Assembly: GCA_047947115.1 (NCBI GenBank)
Contig: CP170459.1
Location: 2,016,001 to 2,080,000 of the forward strand
Direction: 5' to 3'
Source of the DNA: Verrucomicrobiota bacterium
GTDB lineage: Bacteria > Verrucomicrobiota > Verrucomicrobiia > Limisphaerales > AAA164-E04
Length of the DNA stretch: 64,000 nucleotides
Shown: piece after piece, positions 1 through 12,496 of the stretch
Layout of the letters: each line of letters begins with the position of its first letter
Numbering within the stretch: the first letter of the stretch is position 1
Made by a program: the position numbers and the translations under genes
Notes under the pieces: model-generated
What the model saw: the letters and a program-made list of their open reading frames with translations, nothing else
What the model was told of the DNA's origin: nothing
Databases searched by the model: none

Positions 1-1281
1 TACGTTGCTGCCGCTGTCATGGCCACTCCGGGCGGCCCCGCGCACGTGATGTTGACGGATCGCATAGCCGAGCATATTCCCGGATGCAACATGGCTTTTC
101 GGGCTGATGCGCTCAGGAAGGTGGGTTGTTTTGATCCTCAGTTCAGAGTGGCGGGTGATGATGTTGATCTGTGCTGGAGGTTCTTAAAGCGAGATATGAC
201 CATTGGATTCGCTCCCGGAGCTTTCGTGTGGCATCATCGGCGCTCGACCATCGGGGCGTTCATACGTCAGCAGATGGGCTATGGAAGGGCGGAATCGCTT
301 TTGTTTCGCAAGTATCCGTCGATGTTCAACGCACATGGAGATCATGTCTGGCATGGTCGCATATATGCCGAGCGACGTTTGGATCACACATTGGGCACTC
401 CCAGGGTGTATCATGGACTTTATGGCTATGCTCCGTTTCAACCTCTTTATGGAGGCGTGCCTTCGCGATTTGCCGCTTTGCTGACTTCGTTTGACTACCA
501 TTTACAGACGACTTTTCCCCTCCTGATGGCAGGGACGAGTGTGCCGTTTTTAGGTGGTTTGGCCTGGTGCAACCTGATGGCCTTCCTGATGGTGGGTATT
601 TGGAGCGCTGCGGCAGCCCGTATTCCAAAGGACCGACGCAAGTGGTGGGGACGGTTTCTGTTGATCGCATTGCACCTGGCTCAACCCATGGCACGGAGTC
701 TGGCCCGACTGCAGCAATGGACCCGCATGCGACAAACGGGAAACGCTTCCCGCGAACGTATGGAAGCCATGTGCCTGACCTATCGAGGGGGGAGGTTTGA
801 TCGTGTTTCATTCTGGAACGAGACATCGGCGGGACGCCCCGAGTTCTTTGCCGCCTTCCGGCAGCGATTGGCCAAACTCCCCTGGGATATCTCGCTCAAC
901 ACTCATTGGGATCGATTCGATGCCTGGTTGCCCGGCGGTTGGTGTTTCGATCTTCAGGTGTTTTCCGTGGACGAGTATTTCAAGGATGGCAAACGGCGTG
1001 TTAGTTTCCGGCTCGATCCCAAACCCACTTTTATGGCGCGCACCTGGTTGTTCTGGCTGCTTGGGGTGGGTATGGGTTTGGTTGGTTTTTTTGGGGTGAC
1101 TGTTTGGTGTCTGATCCTTCAAATGGGGTTGGCCGGCGGCGCATGGATGGCCTACCGTCACCTGCGGCAGAAACTTCTGGCCGAATGTCTGGTTGAATTG
1201 GTGGAAACAGCGGATACACTCGGCTGGACCTTGATGACAGACTCCGAATCAACGACTGTCGAACAAAGCAACGATTCATGA
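1..1281 (+). CDS. Glycosyltransferase family 2 protein, C-terminal part with membrane helices (5'-truncated by window edge)
   Basis: Frame is open from base 1. [27 protein letters not shown] and VWHHRR are GT2 motifs; hydrophobic C-terminal segments; stop overlaps the thyA start (ATGA). Confidence 0.85.
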   Translation, partial: YVAAAVMATPGGPAHVMLTDRIAEHIPGCNMAFRADALRKVGCFDPQFRVAGDDVDLCWRFLKRDMTIGFAPGAFVWHHRRSTIGAFIRQQMGYGRAESLLFRKYPSMFNAHGDHVWHGRIYAERRLDHTLGTPRVYHGLYGYAPFQPLYGGVPSRFAALLTSFDYHLQTTFPLLMAGTSVPFLGGLAWCNLMAFLMVGIWSAAAARIPKDRRKWWGRFLLIALHLAQPMARSLARLQQWTRMRQTGNASRERMEAMCLTYRGGRFDRVSFWNETSAGRPEFFAAFRQRLAKLPWDISLNTHWDRFDAWLPGGWCFDLQVFSVDEYFKDGKRRVSFRLDPKPTFMARTWLFWLLGVGMGLVGFFGVTVWCLILQMGLAGGAWMAYRHLRQKLLAECLVELVETADTLGWTLMTDSESTTVEQSNDS

Positions 1282-2072
1282 AACAATATTTGGATTTGCT
1301 CAACCTCGTGCTGAACGAAGGGAAAGAAAAGACCGACCGGACTGGTACGGGAACGATCGCTGTCTTTGGCGCCCAGGCTCGGTTTCCGTTGCAGGATTCG
1401 TTTCCCGTTCTCACCACCAAGAAACTACATCTCCGCAGCATCATTCACGAATTGCTCTGGTTCCTGAAAGGGGAAACCAACATCGGCTACCTCAAGGACA
1501 ACGGTGTGTCCATCTGGGACGAATGGGCGGATAAGGAAGGAAACCTTGGTCGTGTGTACGGCGCCCAATGGTGCGATTGGCGAACGCCCGATGGACGATC
1601 CATCAACCAGATCGACCAGGTGATCGAGGATATTAAAAGGACTCCGGACAGTCGTCGTTTGGTGGTGTCTGCTTGGAATGTAGGTGAGATTGACCAGATG
1701 GCCCTGGCGCCCTGCCACGCCTTGTTTCAGTTTTTTGTGATCGACGGGGAATTGAGCTGTCAGCTTTATCAACGCAGTGCTGATTTGTTTCTGGGAGTTC
1801 CTTTCAATATCGCTTCCTATTCGCTGTTGACCCTGATGGTGGCTCAGGTATGCGGATTAAAACCGGGAACCTTTGTTCATACTTTTGGTGACCTGCACCT
1901 GTATTCCAACCACCTGGAACAAGCCCGGCTTCAATTGTCACGCGAGCCAAGGCCTTTGCCGAAAATGAGGCTCAATCCGGACATCAAGCATATCCATGAT
2001 TTCAAGTTCGAAGACTTCACGCTCGAAGGCTACGATCCTCATCCTGCCATCAAAGCTCCGATTGCGGTTTAA
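1278..2072 (+). CDS. thyA: Thymidylate synthase
   Basis: MKQYLDL...[18 protein letters not shown] (catalytic Cys), [19 protein letters not shown]-terminal PIAV; 264 aa. Confidence 0.98.
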   Translation: MKQYLDLLNLVLNEGKEKTDRTGTGTIAVFGAQARFPLQDSFPVLTTKKLHLRSIIHELLWFLKGETNIGYLKDNGVSIWDEWADKEGNLGRVYGAQWCDWRTPDGRSINQIDQVIEDIKRTPDSRRLVVSAWNVGEIDQMALAPCHALFQFFVIDGELSCQLYQRSADLFLGVPFNIASYSLLTLMVAQVCGLKPGTFVHTFGDLHLYSNHLEQARLQLSREPRPLPKMRLNPDIKHIHDFKFEDFTLEGYDPHPAIKAPIAV

Positions 2073-2075
2073 TCC

Positions 2076-2546
2076 ATGAAGCCCTTTCAAGCCATTGCGG
2101 CCATGTCGGAGAACCGGGTGATCGGTGTTGAAAACCGTATTCCCTGGCATATTCCCGAGGATTTCAAATGGTTCAAAAAGAAAACCATGGGGCAGATTCT
2201 CATTATGGGTCGCAAGACCTACGAATCGATCGGACGCCCTTTGCCCGGACGGGAGACCGTGATCCTCAGTCGCTCCGGTTATGAGGTTTCCGGATTGCGG
2301 ACCTTTGAGGGCGTTCAGGATTTGATGGAGTGTTTCAAAGGAGATCAACGCATCCCGTTCATCTGTGGAGGAAGCGATATCTACCGGCAAACCCTGGAGT
2401 TGTGCAGTGATCTGTACCTGACCCAGGTGAAGGGATCATTCGAGGGTGACGCATTTTTCCCCGAGTTCGAGAGCTTTTTCCAGAACCCGGAAACAGTTCT
2501 TTCCCACGAACAGTTCACCGTGCTTCATTATCGTTCGCAGAGGTAA
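2076..2546 (+). CDS. folA: Dihydrofolate reductase
   Basis: AAMSENRVIG, IPWHIPEDFKWFK, IMGRKTYESIGRPLPGR, GDAFFP; starts 3 bp after thyA. Confidence 0.97.
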   Translation: MKPFQAIAAMSENRVIGVENRIPWHIPEDFKWFKKKTMGQILIMGRKTYESIGRPLPGRETVILSRSGYEVSGLRTFEGVQDLMECFKGDQRIPFICGGSDIYRQTLELCSDLYLTQVKGSFEGDAFFPEFESFFQNPETVLSHEQFTVLHYRSQR

Positions 2547-2738
2547 ATGCTTTGTTCATCGTCAGTGTCCGCGTGAGTGCTTCTTGCTGAGCTTGCGAAA
2601 AGGCGGTAGGCGATAGATTCATCCATGGCTTCCCGAAACGAACGTCGTAGAAAAGTAAGGACCCCACAAGGGCGCATCGGGACGTCACGATCTGCTGAAC
2701 CAAGATTGGCAAAAGAAAACGCAACACTTGCATCATGG

Positions 2739-2861
2739 TATAACGTTTGCCAAAAGTAATTTCAGAAATAACTCTGCGTCACTGCGTCCCTAGCGCAGCG
2801 GGCGTGAGAATAAGAAGCATCAGCGGGCCCTTATGCGCAAATACTTTTGGTAATCAGTATA
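2739..2861. mobile_element. MITE-like dispersed repeat, copy 1 (123 bp, TATA ends, imperfect terminal inverted repeats)
   Basis: TATAACGTTTGCCAAAAGTA...TACTTTTGGTAATCAGTATA; near-identical copy at 20870-20993 with unrelated flanks. Confidence 0.8.
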
Positions 2862-2941
2862 ATCCTAAATCGGTCCATGATTCCACCGCTTTGAGCAAAT
2901 GACAGGCTGTCAAGGTTTCTGCCCGTTTCCCTGGATCGTCT

Positions 2942-3200
2942 TTAGTGGTCCAATTCAACAGATACCACTTTGGTTCCTTGCGCAATGATTTTGCACTGTT
3001 CCTCATAAGTATCGAAGAATCCTTTCAGAAAGATTTTCCACTTTGAGTATTTGTGGATTTCGTTAAAAGCGATGACTGGGATTTGTTGCTGAAGTTCATT
3101 CAAACGGCAGTGATCTGCCACGCCCTCCGGTCCTTTCAGCAGGATCTCTCTATGCTGTATGTTATCCCAATCCAAGTAGTGCGAAGCAAGATGTGATTCT
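2942..3200 (-). pseudogene. Fragment of AAA+ ATPase (AAA_14/DUF4143-type)
   Basis: YLDWDNIQHREILL...VIAFNEIHKYSKWKIFLKGFFD resembles the Walker-B region (xxDEIHKY..WK..LKG..D). Walker A and the C-terminus are absent. Boundaries approximate. Confidence 0.65.
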
Positions 3201-3309
3201 TTCAGTTTAATTCGACTGCAATTGACTCGACGGGTGTAGCAGCAAAAATGAAATAGGTGTGGAGGCTTGATTGCCAACCGGTTCTGCACTGTTTCACGTT
3301 GGGAAGTGC

Positions 3310-4062
3310 TTATTGCAAAGGTCTCCTGACCGGTTCCTCCACTCCACCGTAGAAAAAGTGATGGGACCCGATCATGACTTTTGGTTTTTGGATGTATTTA
3401 TTGGCATTGACCCATTCAACATGGCCGTCCAGATAGCCTTCGTTCGATCCTTCCGGCGCATCTCCTTGACGGTTGAAGTGATTGACGCCTCGCATCAATG
3501 GGTCCGAGTCACCAGGGCGCTTCCAGTCGCCATCCAGTTGTCGATTGATATCGGTCCACAACACTTTGTAATAGGGATTATCGGTGTTTTTTTGAGCGAA
3601 GATGGGAACCCCGGCATTGAAGATGGATTTGTCGGGGTAGTAACTCTGGTTTTCGTTGTAAGCTTTGTTGGCCGCCCAATAGACATATCCGAACACTGAT
3701 TCACGGCCTCCGGGCCAGGTCCAGAAATCATCTCGCCCCCACTTTGCGTTGGAGGGGCAATAAAAAGAAGTACGCGGTACGCCATACTGTTCGTGGTAGG
3801 TGTCTCGGAATTTGACCGAATACCAGTGCGGGTTGATGTTGTCGGTCGGCTGGAAGTTCCCTTCGTAATCATCTGAATACATGAGGACAGCGTAGGTCAA
3901 CTGTTTGATGTTGTTGATGCAGGAAGTGCGCTTTGCCTTTTCCTTGGCTTTGGACAAAGCTGGTAAAAGCATACCGGCCAGGATGGCGATGATCGCGATG
4001 ACCACCAACAATTCAATCAGGGTAAACCCATGAGCCGTACGGGAGTATGTGCTGCGTTTCAT
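3310..4062 (-). CDS. Prepilin-type N-terminal cleavage/methylation protein (PVC pseudopilin-like, H-X9-DG type C-terminus)
   Basis: G^[46 protein letters not shown]...[13 protein letters not shown]; start placed at MKRS. Confidence 0.92.
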   Translation of the reverse strand: MKRSTYSRTAHGFTLIELLVVIAIIAILAGMLLPALSKAKEKAKRTSCINNIKQLTYAVLMYSDDYEGNFQPTDNINPHWYSVKFRDTYHEQYGVPRTSFYCPSNAKWGRDDFWTWPGGRESVFGYVYWAANKAYNENQSYYPDKSIFNAGVPIFAQKNTDNPYYKVLWTDINRQLDGDWKRPGDSDPLMRGVNHFNRQGDAPEGSNEGYLDGHVEWVNANKYIQKPKVMIGSHHFFYGGVEEPVRRPLQ

Positions 4063-4173
4063 GATGAGTGGGCATTTTATAGCAGCGAATGTTGAAGAAC
4101 ACAAGATTGAGATTGTGAAGGGGATGAGGTGTATCTGGTTGCTTCGAGTGGTGTGTTTTGCGACATTGTCGCC

Positions 4174-7100
4174 ATGTCAACTTTCTTCCAGAATCACATA
4201 TCTCGGATCAGGAAAGCTGCTTATGCTTCTTGTTTCGGTCTTGTCTGGGCGGCCTGGTCCTGGAGTGGTATCTCAGTTGTTCGAGCTCAGGAGCCCGAAT
4301 TGGCTGCAGATTTGGTTCAAATCAGAAAATTGGAATTTGCGGCTTCTCCCCAGGCGGTCGGTTTTACCCGGATGCCATCAAACGTCACTCGGATGACATG
4401 GACCAATCTGGTTTCTCCCGAACAGGTGGAACTCAATCGCATCCTTGAAAACGGGTCGGGAGTGGCCGCTGGTGATGTGAATGGTGACGGTTTGTGTGAT
4501 TTATATTTCGCAACCCTAAATGGTCCCAATCATCTTTGCCTGAACCGAGGTGCTTGGGTGTTTGAGGATGTGGTGCTCGCCGGTGGTGCCGATTGTTCAG
4601 GCCAGGCCTCCACCGGAGTGCTGTTAGTGGATTTGGATGGTGATGCGGATCTTGATCTGTTGGTCAACGGTATTGGGACGGGCACCCGCATGTTTCTGAA
4701 TGATGGGGCAGGGCGCTTTTACGAAAAAGTGGATTCGGGGCTGCTTCACAGGGGGGGATGCATGTCCATGGCCATGGCCGATGCAGATCAGGATGGAGAT
4801 CTGGATCTGTATGTCACCCACTATCGCGAAAACACCTGGAAGGATCTGCCTCCCGGAGTGAATCCACGGGTGATTCAAAAAGATGGGAAACCTTATGCCA
4901 TGCCCGATGACCGTTTTGTCGCTGTGGCCTCCGGCGGACCTCGTCCTCAGATCATTGAAATCGGCGAGCCGGATGCCTTTTATCTGAATGACGGGAAGGG
5001 TGTTTTCACAAAGCAGTCCTGGATGGAAGGACGGTTTCTGGATGAACATGGAAACCCTTTGTCGGACCCACCCAGGCATTGGGGGTTGTCGGTGATGTTT
5101 CGTGATTTGAATGGCGACAAATTTCCGGATCTGATCGTGTGCAATGATTTTGCCTACGGTGAGGATCAGGTCTGGATCAATCAGGGCAAGGCGGTGTTTC
5201 GTCAAATCTCCAATGCCTCCATGCGGCAATCCAGCTGGTCTTCCATGGCGGTCGATGTGGCCGATATCAACCGTGATGGGCATGATGATTTTTTCGTGGT
5301 GGAAATGCTCAGCCGTCAGCATTCCAAGAGAATGACCCAACGGGCAAACCAGGAGACGGGGATTCAGTGGCCACCGGTTCGCATGCCCCTTGACCGGCCA
5401 CAAACCCAGAGGAACACATTGTTCATGGGGCGAGGGGATGGCTCTTACGCGGAAATTGCCAGGTTCGCCGGTTTGGATGCCACAGAATGGAGTTGGGGAA
5501 CAGCTTTTCTGGATGTGGATCTTGACGGATGGGAGGATCTGTTGGTGGCAAACGGAAACAATCATGACCTCCTGGATGGGGATGCGACCATTGCTGCCGT
5601 GACGCGGATGCGGTCGGCTCCAAGAGGCCGGACTCCGAGAACATTGTTGATGTATCCGTCCCTGTACACGCCCAATCTGGCTTTCCGTAACAGGGGCGAT
5701 ACCACCTTTGAGGAAACGAGTGATCAGTGGGGCTTTCACGATGCCGGTATTTCGCAGGGTTTGTGTCTGGCTGATTTGGATGGGGATGGGGATTTGGATG
5801 TGGTGTTGAACAACCTTCAGGACAAGCCGGGAATTTATCGCAATGACGCCACCGAACCCCGCATTTCTGTCTCGCTGGCGGGACGGTTGAACAATTCGGG
5901 AGGCATTGGCGCGCGGTTAATCCTGGAACCAGGCACCCCTTCGGATGTTCCGATCCAAACTCAGGTCATGATTTCAGGAGGGCGTTACCTTTCGTCCGAC
6001 CAGTCTCATCGGGTTTTTGCTTTGCCTGAGCAAATGGAAAAAGTGCGATTGAAAGTCGAATGGCCCTCCGGACGGAAAACTTTGCTGGATGGCATTCAAG
6101 CCAACGTTCATTACCACATTCGCGAACCAAACAATAGCATAGCAGAAACCACTGTCAAAAAGCAGGGTTTAACCACTAAACCTCTCTTCGAAAATGCGTC
6201 ACTACCGTTGAGTGTCGAGCATGCTTTCGAATCTCAGCCCGTCGAGCTGATTCCGCAACCGATGTTGCCCTACCTGATCGACCGGAAAGGCCCGGTCATG
6301 GATATGGCGACAACTCCCGCGGATGGGGAGTTGTTGGCGATAGGCCATGGAGCATGGTTTGGGGTGAGATCTTCCTTGGAACCTGGGAAAGTGGTCTCGC
6401 CCGGGGGAGCACATGGGTTAGCCTTGCATGGAAATGTTCGGGATGTCGCTGTCTGGACAGAGATCGATGGCATTCCTCGAGTGGCTGTTTCCATCAGTAA
6501 CCTCAAGGTGCTGGCTTCAGAGGGGCTCAAAGGGGTTCGATCGCATGCGAGTGTTCACATCTACAAATATCAGAAGGGTGTTCTAACGCTGAGTGAGTCC
6601 CTGATGGGACACGTGACGATGCCTGGCACATTGGCGCTGATTGATTACGATTCCGATGGCGACAAGGATTTGTTCGTAGGGGGACGCATGAATGCAGGCA
6701 GATATCCCGAACCGGCCATCTCAAGGCTTTATCGTAATGATCAGGGGCGTTTTAAGCTGGACCTTGATCAGAGTCGCGCCTGGTTTTCCATGGGGTTGGT
6801 CACCGATGCGATATCGGTGGATTGGGACGGGGACAAAGACATGGATTTGTTGGTTGCCTGTGAATGGGGCACCTTGCAGTTGTGGGACAATGTTGGAGGC
6901 AGTTTTACTGAGAAGACCGGGGCGGTTGGGTTCGCTGCACGTAAAGGTTTGTGGACTGCTTTGGAAGTGGTCGATCTGGATCAGGACGGGGATATGGATA
7001 TTGTGGCTGGAAATTGGGGAAACAATACCTCCTATCAAAGCCACCTTCATCACCCAGTGCGCATCTATCATGGAGATCTGGATCGCAACGGGACCTATGA

Positions 7101-7689
7101 CGTGTTGGAGAGCTACTTTGATTCAGAGCTAAAAGCACAGGTGCCTGCGCGAGATCTGATTGCTCTGGGAGAAGCCTTTCCTTTTATTCAGTCAAGGCAT
7201 CGAACTTATGTGGGGTTGTCCGGTCTCGGAGTGGAGCAGCTTTTTGAAGGAGTTGCGACTCTGGATCAATGGGTGGAAGCGCAAGATCTCGAGTCGGGGG
7301 TTTGGTGGAATGAAGGAGGGACTTTCGAATGGCAGGCGCTTCCGATGGCAGCCCAACTGTCCCCCGTCTCATCCATTGCAGTTGCCGATTTCAACGGGGA
7401 CAATCGACCTGACATTTTTCTGGGGCAAAACTTTCAGGCGATACGACCTGAAAACTCCAGATTCGACGCCGGTTTGGGTTTGGTTTTGATCAACGAAGGG
7501 GAAAAGAAATTTCGCTCCTTGTCTGCGGTAGAGAGTGGCATGCGTTTGTTAGGGGAACAAGATGCCGCATGGGCTGTTGATTGGAATCAAGATGGGCGGA
7601 CGGATTTGCTGGTTGGCCAGACCGCTGAAGCGTTGCAATTATTCCTTCAAACTAATGATCCTTCGATTGCTGCCGGTGCTCGTCAATGA
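4174..7689 (+). CDS. Large secreted FG-GAP/VCBS-repeat protein with ASPIC/UnbV domain (CRTAC1-like)
   Basis: Many DxDGDGDLDL Ca-binding repeats; GGIGARL...GGRYLSS...VEWPSG ASPIC/UnbV segment; signal-peptide-like N-terminus. Start uncertain (4129 or 4174). Confidence 0.88.
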   Translation: MSTFFQNHISRIRKAAYASCFGLVWAAWSWSGISVVRAQEPELAADLVQIRKLEFAASPQAVGFTRMPSNVTRMTWTNLVSPEQVELNRILENGSGVAAGDVNGDGLCDLYFATLNGPNHLCLNRGAWVFEDVVLAGGADCSGQASTGVLLVDLDGDADLDLLVNGIGTGTRMFLNDGAGRFYEKVDSGLLHRGGCMSMAMADADQDGDLDLYVTHYRENTWKDLPPGVNPRVIQKDGKPYAMPDDRFVAVASGGPRPQIIEIGEPDAFYLNDGKGVFTKQSWMEGRFLDEHGNPLSDPPRHWGLSVMFRDLNGDKFPDLIVCNDFAYGEDQVWINQGKAVFRQISNASMRQSSWSSMAVDVADINRDGHDDFFVVEMLSRQHSKRMTQRANQETGIQWPPVRMPLDRPQTQRNTLFMGRGDGSYAEIARFAGLDATEWSWGTAFLDVDLDGWEDLLVANGNNHDLLDGDATIAAVTRMRSAPRGRTPRTLLMYPSLYTPNLAFRNRGDTTFEETSDQWGFHDAGISQGLCLADLDGDGDLDVVLNNLQDKPGIYRNDATEPRISVSLAGRLNNSGGIGARLILEPGTPSDVPIQTQVMISGGRYLSSDQSHRVFALPEQMEKVRLKVEWPSGRKTLLDGIQANVHYHIREPNNSIAETTVKKQGLTTKPLFENASLPLSVEHAFESQPVELIPQPMLPYLIDRKGPVMDMATTPADGELLAIGHGAWFGVRSSLEPGKVVSPGGAHGLALHGNVRDVAVWTEIDGIPRVAVSISNLKVLASEGLKGVRSHASVHIYKYQKGVLTLSESLMGHVTMPGTLALIDYDSDGDKDLFVGGRMNAGRYPEPAISRLYRNDQGRFKLDLDQSRAWFSMGLVTDAISVDWDGDKDMDLLVACEWGTLQLWDNVGGSFTEKTGAVGFAARKGLWTALEVVDLDQDGDMDIVAGNWGNNTSYQSHLHHPVRIYHGDLDRNGTYDVLESYFDSELKAQVPARDLIALGEAFPFIQSRHRTYVGLSGLGVEQLFEGVATLDQWVEAQDLESGVWWNEGGTFEWQALPMAAQLSPVSSIAVADFNGDNRPDIFLGQNFQAIRPENSRFDAGLGLVLINEGEKKFRSLSAVESGMRLLGEQDAAWAVDWNQDGRTDLLVGQTAEALQLFLQTNDPSIAAGARQ

Positions 7690-8419
7690 TTGCCAGTGCT
7701 TGCGAAGCGCTCATCCTGAAGGCGAAATCGGTCACATGTGACAAAGGGGTTTCATCCGGATTGATCTCAATGAGAATTGCCCCCGCCTGTTTTGCTGCGT
7801 GAGCCAATCCGGCTGCGGGATAAACGACCGAGGAAGTTCCCGCTGAAAAAAAGACTTCACAGGTGGAAGCGACGGACTCGGCTTTTCGCATGGCGTCCAT
7901 TGGCAGCGACTCACCAAACCACACCACACCGGGTCGCAGATAACTGCCACAACATGGACATTTGGGAGGAAGTGTGGAAGTGGGGGCCCAATGTTCGATT
8001 TCATGTCCGTTGTCAAAGCAAAGGGTGCGGTGAATATTTCCGTGAAGTTCGATGACTTCCGTGGAGCCAGCTCTTTGATGAAGGCCGTCCACGTTTTGGG
8101 TGATCAGGTGAAACGCATCGATGTGATTTGCCAACGATGCGATGCGTTTGTGGCCTTCGTTGGGCCTTGCCTGGGAAATTAAATTGCGGCGGTGCTCATA
8201 CCAGTTCCACACACGTTCGGGATTGCTGAGAAATCCTTCCGGACTGGCGAGCTCTTCGGGACGATAGTTTGCCCACAGGCCTGTTTGGGCGTCCCGAAAT
8301 GTGGGGACGCCGCTCTCCGCAGAGATTCCCGCGCCCGTCATCATAGTCCAAATGCTTGTTTTCAGCAGAATGGAATGGAGGTTGTCCGGGATGGATTTCG
8401 TGTGAATATCAATGGGCAT
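7652..8419 (-). CDS. cobB: NAD-dependent protein deacylase (sirtuin, class III)
   Basis: TGAGISAESGVPTFRD, TQNVDGLHQRAG, ELHG, RPGVVWFGE, GTSSVVYPAAGL, EINP. Confidence 0.95.
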   Translation of the reverse strand: MPIDIHTKSIPDNLHSILLKTSIWTMMTGAGISAESGVPTFRDAQTGLWANYRPEELASPEGFLSNPERVWNWYEHRRNLISQARPNEGHKRIASLANHIDAFHLITQNVDGLHQRAGSTEVIELHGNIHRTLCFDNGHEIEHWAPTSTLPPKCPCCGSYLRPGVVWFGESLPMDAMRKAESVASTCEVFFSAGTSSVVYPAAGLAHAAKQAGAILIEINPDETPLSHVTDFAFRMSASQALAIIDEHRQQSKDH

Positions 8420-8511
8420 TTACAGATATCATGGTTGCCAGCAGGATTTCCTTCAAGTAGGTTCCGGAGATTCTTTTTAGTCCGGCATCAAGGATCAAAA
8501 CAATATCGCAA

Positions 8512-10611
8512 ATGACACCATCGCAACAGCAACGAATCAAATCATCGACATCCATGTTTGCAAGTTTCCTGCTCTGCTTCTTCGTGGTGTCCTCTGGTGG
8601 GGGAACAACTGCGGACTTCAAGTTCTTGCAGCCTTTCGATGCAGGTGGGGCGGTCATTGACGCCGTGGTAAGTGCGGAAAGATCCGACCGCAATGACATG
8701 GTGCGTTCTTCGTTCGGTCCGCTGCAGGTTGAAAATCGATGGGACGTTGGGGAGATGTCCGATGAGGAGCAGCTTTATTTGGAATTGGTGAATCGAGCAC
8801 GTGCTAGCCCTGCGGCTGAGGGGGATTGGTTGGTGGACACCGGTGACAAAGACATTCTTTCTAACCTATCCTTTTTCAATGTGGATCTTGATCGAGTGTT
8901 GAACGATCCCGATTACGGGTTTTACCAGTTGGCTTCAGCGCCACCACTGGCTCCCAATGCCAGGTTGAATCAAGCGGCCAGGAAACACGCCCGGGACATG
9001 TTTGAGAACACGTTCCAAGCTCATGTGGGCAGCGATGATTCCACTGCTGGGGATCGGATCTCGTCGGTGGGATATAATTGGGGGGCTTACAGTGAGAATG
9101 TTTTCGCCCAGGCGGATTCAGTTGTCCACGGTCATGCTGGATTTCAAATTGATTGGGGTTTTGGTCCCGGTGGTGTTCAAAATCCTCCCGGTCATCGTAT
9201 TCAGATTCACAACGGTAATTATCGGGAATTCGGAGTGGGTGTAGTGAAAGGCAATAAACTCAATATGTTTCCCGATAGCAATGATCCAAAATACCGAAAT
9301 GTCGGTCCGCAGTTGGTGGCGCAGTTGGTGGCAAGGGAGTTCATTGACGGGCCATTTATTACTGGAGTCGCGTTTTACGATTTCAATGGAAATGCCTTTT
9401 ACGATTTGGGTGAAGGATTGGGGGGGGTCGCTGTGACAGTCCCGGGGAGCCTGTATCATGCCGTGACCGCCTCTTCCGGCGGGTATGCCATCCCTGTGGA
9501 TACGAACGGGAATTACTCCATCGGCATGGAAGGAGTGGGGCTGCCAAGTCTGACCTCTTCGGTCGTTGTTGCCAACAGAACCAATGTTAAAAAGGATTAC
9601 ATAGTGGATTACGCGCCAAGCGTGACGGGACCCTTAAAGCCTGTCCCCGGATTGCCCGCGACTTATCAGGTCAACCGCTTGCCTTTGGCTGAGAAATATC
9701 AAATCGAGCGGAACATCAGTGCCCCATTCACCGCAACCGAGGGTGGCGAGCAGGGGATGGATGAATTCAACTATGTGGGTATCGGTTCCTATACAGTGCT
9801 TCAATCGGTCATTACACACGCAGGAACCCATGCATTTCGTCTTGCACACAATGCTCCCATTGGTGATGAATTTCTGGAATGGAATCGAAATTTTGTGGTC
9901 AGTCCCGATGCTTCCATAACGTTTCAAAGTCGGTTGGGAAGTGCTTTTGAAAATGAGACCGCTTCCTTTCAGGTGAGTCCTAATGATGGAAAGAATTGGC
10001 ATTCGTTATGGACACAGGTCGGCACGTCATTAAACAGTAATCCGGTACTTGCACCTTCCGAGAGGGCATTCTCTCCGCGCGTCATCGATTTGAGTGATTT
10101 TGAAGGGCAAACCATCCGTGTTCGTTGGGTGTTTGAATTCACCAGGGGGCGTGTTTGGGTGGGCAGCGATGAGTTCCAGGGAACTGGGTGGTATATTGAT
10201 TCGATCAGCGCTACCGGATTGAAGTCTCTCGAAAGTACCGTATTTCCGGAGCAACCTGGAAACTCATTCACCATCACGCCTGAATCGACAGAACCCTTCA
10301 CACTCAGAGGGCGCGCTTTTATCAAAGGAGAGTGGCGCCCCTGGGGTGATCGTACGGCGGTCGGCGATTCGAGTTCCCAACTTGGTGCGCGCATTTTGGG
10401 AGTGAGCCAAAGTGGATCTCTCATGACAGTTCAACTTGAAATCCCGGGTGGAAATGGATCAGCCGTTTTTGAGTCGGCTAGTGCACTGAGTGGTCCATGG
10501 CTTCCGGCGGTTCCTGTATCTGTGGATCCGGGGCAACAACAAAATGTTCTGCACATCACCTTGGAAATCGGAACGGATGCTAATCGTTTTTTTCGAATCC
10601 ATACCGAGTGA
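8512..10611 (+). CDS. Secreted CAP (SCP) domain protein with beta-rich C-terminal domains and terminal RFFRI module
   Basis: EQLYLELVNRAR, LNQAARKHARDM, H.GSD, GHR...REFGVG CAP motifs; hydrophobic N-terminus. Confidence 0.82.
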   Translation: MTPSQQQRIKSSTSMFASFLLCFFVVSSGGGTTADFKFLQPFDAGGAVIDAVVSAERSDRNDMVRSSFGPLQVENRWDVGEMSDEEQLYLELVNRARASPAAEGDWLVDTGDKDILSNLSFFNVDLDRVLNDPDYGFYQLASAPPLAPNARLNQAARKHARDMFENTFQAHVGSDDSTAGDRISSVGYNWGAYSENVFAQADSVVHGHAGFQIDWGFGPGGVQNPPGHRIQIHNGNYREFGVGVVKGNKLNMFPDSNDPKYRNVGPQLVAQLVAREFIDGPFITGVAFYDFNGNAFYDLGEGLGGVAVTVPGSLYHAVTASSGGYAIPVDTNGNYSIGMEGVGLPSLTSSVVVANRTNVKKDYIVDYAPSVTGPLKPVPGLPATYQVNRLPLAEKYQIERNISAPFTATEGGEQGMDEFNYVGIGSYTVLQSVITHAGTHAFRLAHNAPIGDEFLEWNRNFVVSPDASITFQSRLGSAFENETASFQVSPNDGKNWHSLWTQVGTSLNSNPVLAPSERAFSPRVIDLSDFEGQTIRVRWVFEFTRGRVWVGSDEFQGTGWYIDSISATGLKSLESTVFPEQPGNSFTITPESTEPFTLRGRAFIKGEWRPWGDRTAVGDSSSQLGARILGVSQSGSLMTVQLEIPGGNGSAVFESASALSGPWLPAVPVSVDPGQQQNVLHITLEIGTDANRFFRIHTE

Positions 10612-10759
10612 TCGGGCAAATCTTGTTTCCGACAATGATTTGCGAGTCATCTGAATCTGTCGTTTAATCACCTCTCATGACATGTCGCGATTGACACCAT
10701 TAAAATTGCCGAGCACCCAAGTCTTGATTTTTGTACGCGATTCATGATGAGATGCGCCT

Positions 10760-12388
10760 ATGCAGATCCTTTCCATTAAAAATCATCGTCAGAGATCGGT
10801 GTTGTCGTGGGTTTTTTGTGCACTTATCGGTGTCTGGTTGGATGGGAAAGCAGCCGATCAGGGCAAACGTCCCAACATCCTGTTTGCCTTTGCAGATGAC
10901 TGGGGGCGGTATGCAAGTGCCTATGCTGCGGTGGATGGTCCGGGCACCATGAACGATGCCATTCAAACACCTCATTTCGACCGTGTCGCACGTGAGGGGG
11001 TTTTGTTCAAGAACGCGTTTGTGACCGCGCCTTCCTGCACACCTTGTCGTAGTTCACTGCTTTCCGGTCAATACTTCTGGCGAACAGGTCAGGGAGCTAT
11101 TTTGCAGGGTGCAAAATGGGATGCCAATATTCCTTCGTATCCGTTGATCCTGCATGATGTCGGGTATCATATTGGTGAAACGTATAAAGTATGGAGTCCC
11201 GGTTCTCCAGTGGATGCCCCTTACGGAGCGGGTAAGTATGCGTATCAAAGTGCGGGCGGCAAATTCAACCAGTTTTCGCAGAACGTCACCCAGATGGTGC
11301 GCCAGGGAAAATCGATAAAAGAAGCCAAACAGGTTCTTTACGACGAGGTCATGCGGAATTTTAACGACTTTCTGGAAGCTCGACCGGACGGTCAACCCTT
11401 CTGCTATTGGTTTGGACCCACTTTGGTCCATCGCAAATGGACCAAAGGTTCGGGCAAGGAATTTTGGGGGATTGATCCTGACGCATTGAAAGGAAAGATG
11501 CCGGCATTTTTACCCGACGTGCACGAAGTACGCCAGGATATGGCCGATTATTTCGGTGAGATCCAGGCGTTCGATGCCGCACTGGGACTGATGCTGAAGC
11601 GTCTTGAGGAAATGGGAGAGTTGGACAACACCTTGGTCGTTGTCAGCGGGGATCATGGTGCGCCCGGATTCCCGAACGGGAAATGCAATCTCTATGATTT
11701 TGGCGTTGGCGTTTCTTTGGCCGTACGTTGGGGGGATTTCAACGGTGGCCGGGTGGTCGAGGATTTCATCAACCTGATGGATCTGGCGCCTACCTTTTTA
11801 GAAGCCGCCGGCGCCAAAACTCCTTCTGTGATGACCGGACGCAGTTTCGTGTCCGCTCTCAAATCGGATCAATCCGGATGGATTGATCCGACCCGCAACT
11901 GGGTGGTGACCGGGCGCGAACGTCATGTGGCCATGTCGCGCGAGGGGTATGTGCCATATCCACAACGTGCCCTGCGAACACCGGACTTCCTCTATATCCT
12001 CAATTTCGAGCCCCATCGTTGGCCGATGGGGGATCCATTGCATATGGGGATGGATAAACGTCCCTCTCTGGAAGACCTCACCGAACGAACCTTCGTCACC
12101 TACGCCGACATGGATGCGAGCCCCACCAAAGCCTGGTTGTTTGATCACGAGTCAGATGCCTCATGGAAGTGGTATTACGATGTGGCATTTGGACGAAGAC
12201 CTTTTGTGGAATTATACGACTTGAAACGCGACAAAGATCAGATTCGTAACGTTGCTCAAAGCGTTGAATACGCAAGGGTGAGAGGGAAGCTCCATGAGCA
12301 GTTGATGACAGTCTTGCGCGATACCAATGATCCAAGGGTCACCCAGGAATCCCCTGTTTTTGAGCATGCACCATTTGCCGGAGAATAA
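10760..12388 (+). CDS. Formylglycine-dependent sulfatase (S1 family, sulfamidase-like)
   Basis: RPNILFAFADDWG, CTPCRSSLLSG (CxPxR), GDHG, GK.NLYD.G, ELYDL..D..Q..N. Confidence 0.93.
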   Translation: MQILSIKNHRQRSVLSWVFCALIGVWLDGKAADQGKRPNILFAFADDWGRYASAYAAVDGPGTMNDAIQTPHFDRVAREGVLFKNAFVTAPSCTPCRSSLLSGQYFWRTGQGAILQGAKWDANIPSYPLILHDVGYHIGETYKVWSPGSPVDAPYGAGKYAYQSAGGKFNQFSQNVTQMVRQGKSIKEAKQVLYDEVMRNFNDFLEARPDGQPFCYWFGPTLVHRKWTKGSGKEFWGIDPDALKGKMPAFLPDVHEVRQDMADYFGEIQAFDAALGLMLKRLEEMGELDNTLVVVSGDHGAPGFPNGKCNLYDFGVGVSLAVRWGDFNGGRVVEDFINLMDLAPTFLEAAGAKTPSVMTGRSFVSALKSDQSGWIDPTRNWVVTGRERHVAMSREGYVPYPQRALRTPDFLYILNFEPHRWPMGDPLHMGMDKRPSLEDLTERTFVTYADMDASPTKAWLFDHESDASWKWYYDVAFGRRPFVELYDLKRDKDQIRNVAQSVEYARVRGKLHEQLMTVLRDTNDPRVTQESPVFEHAPFAGE

Positions 12389-12496
12389 TGTCCGGTTGTC
12401 CGCTGCGGATCAGATGATCTCGAATAAGATGCAACGTCCTGCAGCGAGAAGGTTTCAAATTCCCTGTCTTACCCATTTGTCATTCCTGTGAACGAT

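Noticed and set aside
4624..5739. 371-aa antisense ORF within the FG-GAP gene
   Set aside because: Shadow of the sense gene; no motifs.
7652..8419. Sir2-type anti-phage defence gene
   Set aside because: Has canonical CobB deacylase motifs and length, with no defence partners nearby.
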